A DNA stretch of 32,000 bases from Flavobacteriaceae bacterium (lineage in GTDB: Bacteria > Bacteroidota > Bacteroidia > Flavobacteriales > Flavobacteriaceae). Under the pieces are notes generated by a model. It did no database searches. It was given only the letters and a program-made list of their open reading frames with translations, and was not told the origin of the DNA. Position numbers and translations under genes: made by a program. Shown here in pieces: positions 27,107 to 32,000 of the stretch (position 1 is its first letter; each line of letters begins with the position of its first letter). The stretch is taken from NCBI GenBank assembly GCA_965224465.1, contig OZ245049.1, positions 3,150,001 through 3,182,000 on the forward strand. Direction: 5' to 3'.

Positions 27107-27131
27107 TTGATAAAATCACTTAATTCCTAGT

Positions 27132-27180
27132 AAAGAAAGCCTTAAAAACATCAGAATATGATGTTTTTAAGGCTTTCTTT
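27132..27180. terminator. 21-bp perfect-stem hairpin between convergent response regulator and SulP genes
   Basis: AAAGAAAGCCTTAAAAACATC (27132-27152), loop AGAATAT, GATGTTTTTAAGGCTTTCTTT (27160-27180). The second arm is the exact reverse complement of the first. T-rich and A-rich ends allow function on both strands. Confidence 0.75.
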
Positions 27181-27190
27181 TATAAAACTC

Positions 27191-27242
27191 ACCAAATGTA
27201 TTTCTATTTAATAGTTTAGAATAGATGTATTCTTGTAATTGG
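27191..27242 (-). repeat. possible MITE-like repeat, copy H (52-bp mini-copy)
   Basis: ACCAAATGTATTTC...CTATTTAATAG..TTTAGAA...CTTGTAATTGG has the same two ends as copy E (GGCAAATGTATTTC ... CTGTAATTGG). It ends 5 nt from the SulP stop codon. It is short and degenerate. Confidence 0.4.
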
Positions 27243-27247
27243 TATCA

Positions 27248-28888
27248 TTAATTCATAAATTCTTCTGGGTTTGCAGCGATGTGATAATGTGGGTCATCAA
27301 TGTCGTTGATAATTATTGCAGCAAATTTAGGACTGCTTTTAAGGAGGAGTGTTTTACAATCCTGACTCAAGTGTTTTAGTTGAATTTTTTTTCCAGCTGC
27401 TTCGTATTTTTTAACAATATTAAAAATAGCTTCAATGGCAGAATGATCACTCACACGAGATTTAATAAAATCTATTTCTACGGTAATTGGGTCGCTGTTA
27501 ATTGAAAATTCATCAACAAATCCTTTGATTGAACCAAAAAATAAAGGGCCGGATATTTCGTAGACTTTGATGTTGTTTTCTTTTATCCTTTTTTTCGCCC
27601 TAATACGTGTTGCATTTTGCCAAGAGAATACAAGTGCACTTACGATTACACCTGTGATTACTGCAATGGCTAAATCAAATTTTACGGTCATAAAAGAGAC
27701 TAGAATAAGCACAAACAAATCTGCACGTGGGATTTTATTGAATATTCTAAAACTGCTCCAGGCAAAAGTTCCAATCACTACCATAAACATAACTCCTACA
27801 AGTGCTGCAATAGGAATTTGCTCTATATAGCTAGAGCCTATCATAATAAATACTAATAAAAGGGATGCCGCTACAATACCCGATAATCGCGTGCGTCCTC
27901 CTCCTTTTATATTAATAATAGACTGCCCAATCATAGCACAACCTCCCATTCCTCCAAAGAATCCTGTGATAATATTGGCAGTTCCAAGGGCTATACATTC
28001 TTTATTCCCATTTCCTCTAGTATCGGTTAAATCATCAATTAAATTCATGGTCATTAGAGACTCAATAAGCCCAATGGCAGCTAAAATCATCGCGTATGGA
28101 AAAATAAACGTAATGGTTTCCCAGTTTATAGGAATTTTTTGAAACGTTTCTAGATGTATTACAGGTAATCCCCCCTTTAAGCCAAGCCCTCCTCCTTCTT
28201 TAATAAAAGAGCCAACAGTGTCTACTTCTACTTTTAAAAAGATAACTAAAAAGCTTACTACTAGTATAGCAATCAGTGATTCAGGAGCTTTTTTTGTGTA
28301 TTTGAATTTGGGGAGTAGCCATATTATGACCATGGTAAGGGTACTAAGCCCTATCATTAACCATAGGTTTGTATTGCTAAAAAAGGCTAGAAGCCAGCGG
28401 TTCTTATCACCTTCAAAAGAGATGTTGTCTGCTACAGCAACAGGAAACATACCTAATTGTGAGAAGAAAATTACAATGGCCAATCCATTGACAAATCCCA
28501 TCATTACAGGGTGTGGTATCAACCGAACAAATTTCCCGAGTTTAAATGCTCCTGCGAATACTTGAAGTATCCCCATAAGTATAACCGTAGCAAATAGATA
28601 GTATAAGCCTAAATTATCTTCTGGCATGCCCATGGAATTCCCTTCTTTGACCAACGACACCATAACTACAGCCAATGCTCCAGTGGCTCCAGATATCATT
28701 CCTGGGCGTCCTCCAAAAACAGCTGTAATAAGTCCGACTATAAATGCTGCATACAACCCAACTAGCGGGTCAACTCCAGCTACAAACGAAAATGCAATTG
28801 CCTCGGGTACTAACGCTAACGAAACAGTGATACCTGATAGGATATCGTTTTTAATGGTGATGGATCTTTTTTTAATGAATAAAGTCAT
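27248..28888 (-). CDS. SulP family inorganic anion transporter with C-terminal STAS domain
   Basis: N-terminus DILSGITVSLALVPEAIAFSFVAGV, GGRPGMISGATGA, and a polytopic core. The C-terminal IKVYEISGPLFFGS...SRVSDHSAIEAI region is STAS-like. 546 aa. Confidence 0.9.
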   Translation of the reverse strand: MTLFIKKRSITIKNDILSGITVSLALVPEAIAFSFVAGVDPLVGLYAAFIVGLITAVFGGRPGMISGATGALAVVMVSLVKEGNSMGMPEDNLGLYYLFATVILMGILQVFAGAFKLGKFVRLIPHPVMMGFVNGLAIVIFFSQLGMFPVAVADNISFEGDKNRWLLAFFSNTNLWLMIGLSTLTMVIIWLLPKFKYTKKAPESLIAILVVSFLVIFLKVEVDTVGSFIKEGGGLGLKGGLPVIHLETFQKIPINWETITFIFPYAMILAAIGLIESLMTMNLIDDLTDTRGNGNKECIALGTANIITGFFGGMGGCAMIGQSIINIKGGGRTRLSGIVAASLLLVFIMIGSSYIEQIPIAALVGVMFMVVIGTFAWSSFRIFNKIPRADLFVLILVSFMTVKFDLAIAVITGVIVSALVFSWQNATRIRAKKRIKENNIKVYEISGPLFFGSIKGFVDEFSINSDPITVEIDFIKSRVSDHSAIEAIFNIVKKYEAAGKKIQLKHLSQDCKTLLLKSSPKFAAIIINDIDDPHYHIAANPEEFMN

Positions 28889-29981
28889 AATTTATTTTCT
28901 ATGGGTGGTTTAATGGTCTTTTTTGTTTTTAAATCAATGTTAAAAAGCTCTAAAAGATTTAAAAGAGACTTGGTTTAGCTAAAAGAAAAGAAGGGCGTTG
29001 TGCGGGTAAATCAAGTGTTAATTTAATAGCTAAAACTAGGAAAGGAATTGTTTGTCTTACAAAAGGTTTTAGGAGGCTTAAAAGAAAATAAGCTAGAATA
29101 TTGGCTTCTAACTTATTTTCATAACTATTACTAAACTTAAGCAAACGAGACTCTTACATCTTCCATGCAAATAAATACAAATTATTGGGTAGAGATTCTG
29201 TTCAAACTACAAACGATTGAATTTTGTACAAAATGCAAGTAGAATCTTCATAAATTCAATTTATCACACAGTGCTACGCAAGTATTTTTTCTAAGAATTA
29301 GGGATGCTAATTTATATAGGATCTGCTTTAAGCTAAGGATCAATTTAGCTGTTATTACTTCGTTTATTCATAGAAAGTAGGCGTTTATTACTTTGTCCCT
29401 CAATTGTTTTGTTAATAAATGTTCCTTTATAAGCGCTTCGGGCTATAAAGGCTCAAGATCTTCGCAAATAATGATAAGACAACTATAAAGAACACTATTG
29501 TGAACAGTATTAAAACAACACTAAATATTAAACGGAGTACTTTGGTACTGTTGTATGTGCTGTGTTTATTTACAAACAACAATTTTAATAGTTTGGTTTT
29601 TGGTGCTGAAATTTCGGAAGTAGATTTTGTAAAAAAAACTTCTGAGGTAAAAGTGCTTAGTTCTACTAGTACGGACTCCGTAGAAGTGGTTTCTTCTATG
29701 CATTTGCCCCCAGAATACGAGCATTATTCTAGAACAAAAAGAAGACTTATTGTAATCACTTCTGCTGATTTATTTGCTTCTATTTTTACACTTACCAAAA
29801 TGACTACAGGACCTAAAGTAGGCCTGTTTATTTTGTATTCTTCGATTAAAATCCCCTGTTGATTTATACATAGCCCAAAAAGATTGGTAGACTATTTTAT
29901 ACGGTCTGTATTTCCTTTTATTAGAATATAATTGCGGATACGTGTAACCAGTGGTAATTGTATAACTCACTTAATATAACG

Positions 29982-30344
29982 ATGCACGAGATATTTTTAG
30001 TTCGAAATACCTTCCAAAGAATTGAGGAGGAATTTCCGGAAAAGTTTGAAAGAATTTCTGAAATACATTTAAAAGTTGGCTTATTGAGTAATGTCCAACC
30101 CATTTTAATCACCAATGCCTTTAACGCATTTGTGATGGAGTTCCCACAGTATTACAATACTCAATTGATTGTAGATACGCTTCCCGTGATAATAGCGTGT
30201 ACCTGTGGGGCTAAAACGGAAGTAAAAAAGAATCGTTTTGTCTGTAAGAGTTGTGGTAATTCTTGTAAAAATATCATTCAAGGCGAAGAATTATATATAA
30301 ACGAAATAAAATTTTTTAATAAAAATGAACACGAAGAAACCTAA
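29982..30344 (+). CDS. hypA: nickel insertion metallochaperone HypA
   Basis: Starting at ATG 29982 gives the conserved MHE N-terminus (MHEIFLVRNTFQRIEEE), which is the Ni site. A cysteine cluster ACTCG-N13-CKSCGNSC forms the Zn site, followed by GEELYINEI. The track start at 29958 adds 8 residues before MHE. Confidence 0.8.
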   Translation: MHEIFLVRNTFQRIEEEFPEKFERISEIHLKVGLLSNVQPILITNAFNAFVMEFPQYYNTQLIVDTLPVIIACTCGAKTEVKKNRFVCKSCGNSCKNIIQGEELYINEIKFFNKNEHEET

Positions 30345-31032
30345 ATCATCAAAAATTACAGCAGGGAGCATAGATACAGAACACGTGACTCTTAATTTAT
30401 TGAGAGCGAATGATTTTGTTGCTCTGAAAATAAAAGAAAAGTTAAAGGACATGTTGGTAATCAATGTGTGTTCTTCTCCAGGGAGTGGAAAAACTTCTTT
30501 AATGCAAAAAACGGGAGAGCTACTTAAAAATAAGTTAACAATGGCTGTATTGGTAGCTGATCCAGAAACGGATAGGGATGCTGTTCGTATGAAAGAAGTA
30601 GGTATAAATGCACTTCAAATTGTTACTGGAGGAATGTGTCATATAGAGTCTCAAATGATTTTACAGGCAATCGAATTGATCGATTTGGAAGGGACAGATG
30701 TGTTGTTTATAGAGAATGTTGGGAACTTAATGTGTCCTTCTTCATTTGATCTAGGGGAGGATTATAGAGTCACCCTTATTTCAACTACCGAAGGAGATGA
30801 CAAGCCTAGTAAGTATCCTAAAATGTTTTTGACCAGCGAGTTGATGTTGATTTCTAAGATGGATTTATTGCCGTATTTACCGTTTTCTGTAGCGGCAGTA
30901 ACAGCAGATGCAAGGTTGGTAAATCCAGAGATTGAGGTCTTGGAGATTTCATCCTTAAAAGACACTGGATTGGAGAAATGGATTTCCTGGATTCAAGGGA
31001 AAGTCGAAGATAAAAAGAATAAAAACAAGTGA
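30325..31032 (+). CDS. hypB: nickel-dependent GTPase HypB (SIMIBI class, HypB/UreG family)
   Basis: P-loop CSSPGSGKTSL, GGMCHIES (Cys-His metal site), ENVGNLMCPSSFDLGE and SKMDLL. No His-rich or CxxCGC N-terminal extension. It overlaps hypA by 20 nt. Confidence 0.85.
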   Translation: MNTKKPKSSKITAGSIDTEHVTLNLLRANDFVALKIKEKLKDMLVINVCSSPGSGKTSLMQKTGELLKNKLTMAVLVADPETDRDAVRMKEVGINALQIVTGGMCHIESQMILQAIELIDLEGTDVLFIENVGNLMCPSSFDLGEDYRVTLISTTEGDDKPSKYPKMFLTSELMLISKMDLLPYLPFSVAAVTADARLVNPEIEVLEISSLKDTGLEKWISWIQGKVEDKKNKNK

Positions 31033-31059
31033 ATTAACTAAACTAAAAACAAAATTTTA

Positions 31060-31977
31060 ATGGAAATCAGTAAACTATTTAAAACAGCGCTTGTAGGAGT
31101 CGGGCAGATTTTTTTACAAGACAATGGTTGGACAGGAGTTCTTTTTACGCTTGGTATGTTTTTTAGCGGATGGGATTTAGGAGTTACTTGCTTCTTAGGA
31201 TCCTTAGTAGGAACAATCACTGCGCAGGTATTAAAGTATAAAGAAGAGGATATTTCGTTTGGTCTTTATGGCTTTAATGGAAGTTTGGCTTTTATGTGTA
31301 TGATGTTCTTGTTTGGGAACAGCAATCCAATAATTTGGCTTCTTGGTATTGTGGCTGCTATTATTTCTACATTGGTTATGCATCAATTTGTAAAAAGAGG
31401 AAAAGTAGCATATACATTTCCTTTTGTAAGTACTTGTTGGGTTATTTTTTATGTAGCAACAGGGACAGGTATTTTAGAACAAACGACAGCCCCATTACCA
31501 ATGTATGCAACGGAAGTAAACGACTTTGCGAGTACTGTTATAAATACGTTATACACGCCGTTTTTTGGGCAAGCCGAAGTTAATTTTGGTGCGTCTGTTA
31601 TCACAGGTGTTTTGATTTTCTTAGGCTTGGCGATTTGTACACCTACTGCTGCAGTATATTCTATAACGGCTGCAGTTATTGGCTCTATTGTAGCGTATCA
31701 TTTAGGAGAAAATCCAAATGTAGTTGTAAATGGAATTTATGGATTTAGTCCTATTTTGGTTGCTTGTGCTTTTGCGGGGCCTAAAAGGTCTGATTTTATA
31801 TACGTCATAGTAGGGACAGTTATGGCTGTTCTGATTCATTTTACTATGAGTAAGATTGGGATTATACAATATACATTTCCCTTTATACTTACCTCTTGGA
31901 TCCTATTGTATGTAAAAGCAGCTATTGAAAAGTTAAATCCAGATACGTCTAAGCTTGTTAGGTTTCTGAATCCTTAA
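31060..31977 (+). CDS. urea transporter (UT family)
   Basis: VGVGQIFLQDNGWTGVLF and GLYGFNGSL in the first half are mirrored by GASVITGVLIFLGL and GIYGFSPIL in the second half, the two-fold internal repeat of UT channels. 305 aa and polytopic. Confidence 0.8.
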   Translation: MEISKLFKTALVGVGQIFLQDNGWTGVLFTLGMFFSGWDLGVTCFLGSLVGTITAQVLKYKEEDISFGLYGFNGSLAFMCMMFLFGNSNPIIWLLGIVAAIISTLVMHQFVKRGKVAYTFPFVSTCWVIFYVATGTGILEQTTAPLPMYATEVNDFASTVINTLYTPFFGQAEVNFGASVITGVLIFLGLAICTPTAAVYSITAAVIGSIVAYHLGENPNVVVNGIYGFSPILVACAFAGPKRSDFIYVIVGTVMAVLIHFTMSKIGIIQYTFPFILTSWILLYVKAAIEKLNPDTSKLVRFLNP

Positions 31978-32000
31978 GGGTCGATGCTATAACAAGCCCC

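Noticed and set aside
28959-29144. 61-aa ORF upstream of (divergent from) hypA and upstream of SulP.
   Set aside because: It is short, has no motif and a non-canonical start, and lies in a region more likely to be promoter or leader.
29500-29862. 120-aa ORF upstream of hypA (GTG start).
   Set aside because: It has no in-frame ATG near the start, a Ser/Thr/Val-rich low-complexity middle and no recognisable motif. I cannot support it as a gene, although a small secreted or membrane protein is not excluded.
1-32000. CRISPR arrays, rRNA/tRNA genes, integrases/transposases and prophage or conjugative modules.
   Set aside because: I scanned both strands for regularly spaced short repeats, conserved rRNA/tRNA/tmRNA/RNase P blocks and recombinase motifs. 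None were found. The only repeat family is the MITE-like element, which is irregularly spaced.

Overview
AT-rich chromosomal window that looks like Bacteroidota, probably Flavobacteriia. This origin is an inference from gene content, no obvious Shine-Dalgarno use and several TAnnTTTG -7-like boxes. All family calls come from motif recognition by eye; no searches were run.

Most of the window is housekeeping: dut, a Wzx-like flippase, gpsA, pheS, two glutamate dehydrogenases, nrdB/nrdA, and a Pif1-like helicase. There are also a classical histidine kinase with a divergent LytTR response regulator, a SulP transporter, and hypA-hypB followed by a urea transporter. I saw no rRNA, tRNA, CRISPR array, transposase or integrase.

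Four things stand out:
1. Best candidate for an undescribed system. A roughly 1010-aa protein (degenerate receiver + canonical receiver + PPDK_N-type ATP-grasp domain, no phosphohistidine swivel motif) sits between two diverged GDH paralogs. One paralog has an NADP-type and the other an NAD-type coenzyme fingerprint.
2. A MITE-like repeat family of up to about 155 bp has at least eight full, internally deleted or fragmentary copies in the 32 kb. Several sit within 1-15 nt of stop codons, and four sit in or around the nrd locus.
3. An RND efflux permease is decayed. Its 5' end is cut exactly at a mini-copy of that repeat, and it carries an A8 homopolymer frameshift and a 5-bp tandem duplication.
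4. hypAB is linked to a urea transporter rather than to any hydrogenase gene.

Several operator-like repeats and palindromes and some strong intrinsic terminators are also listed.
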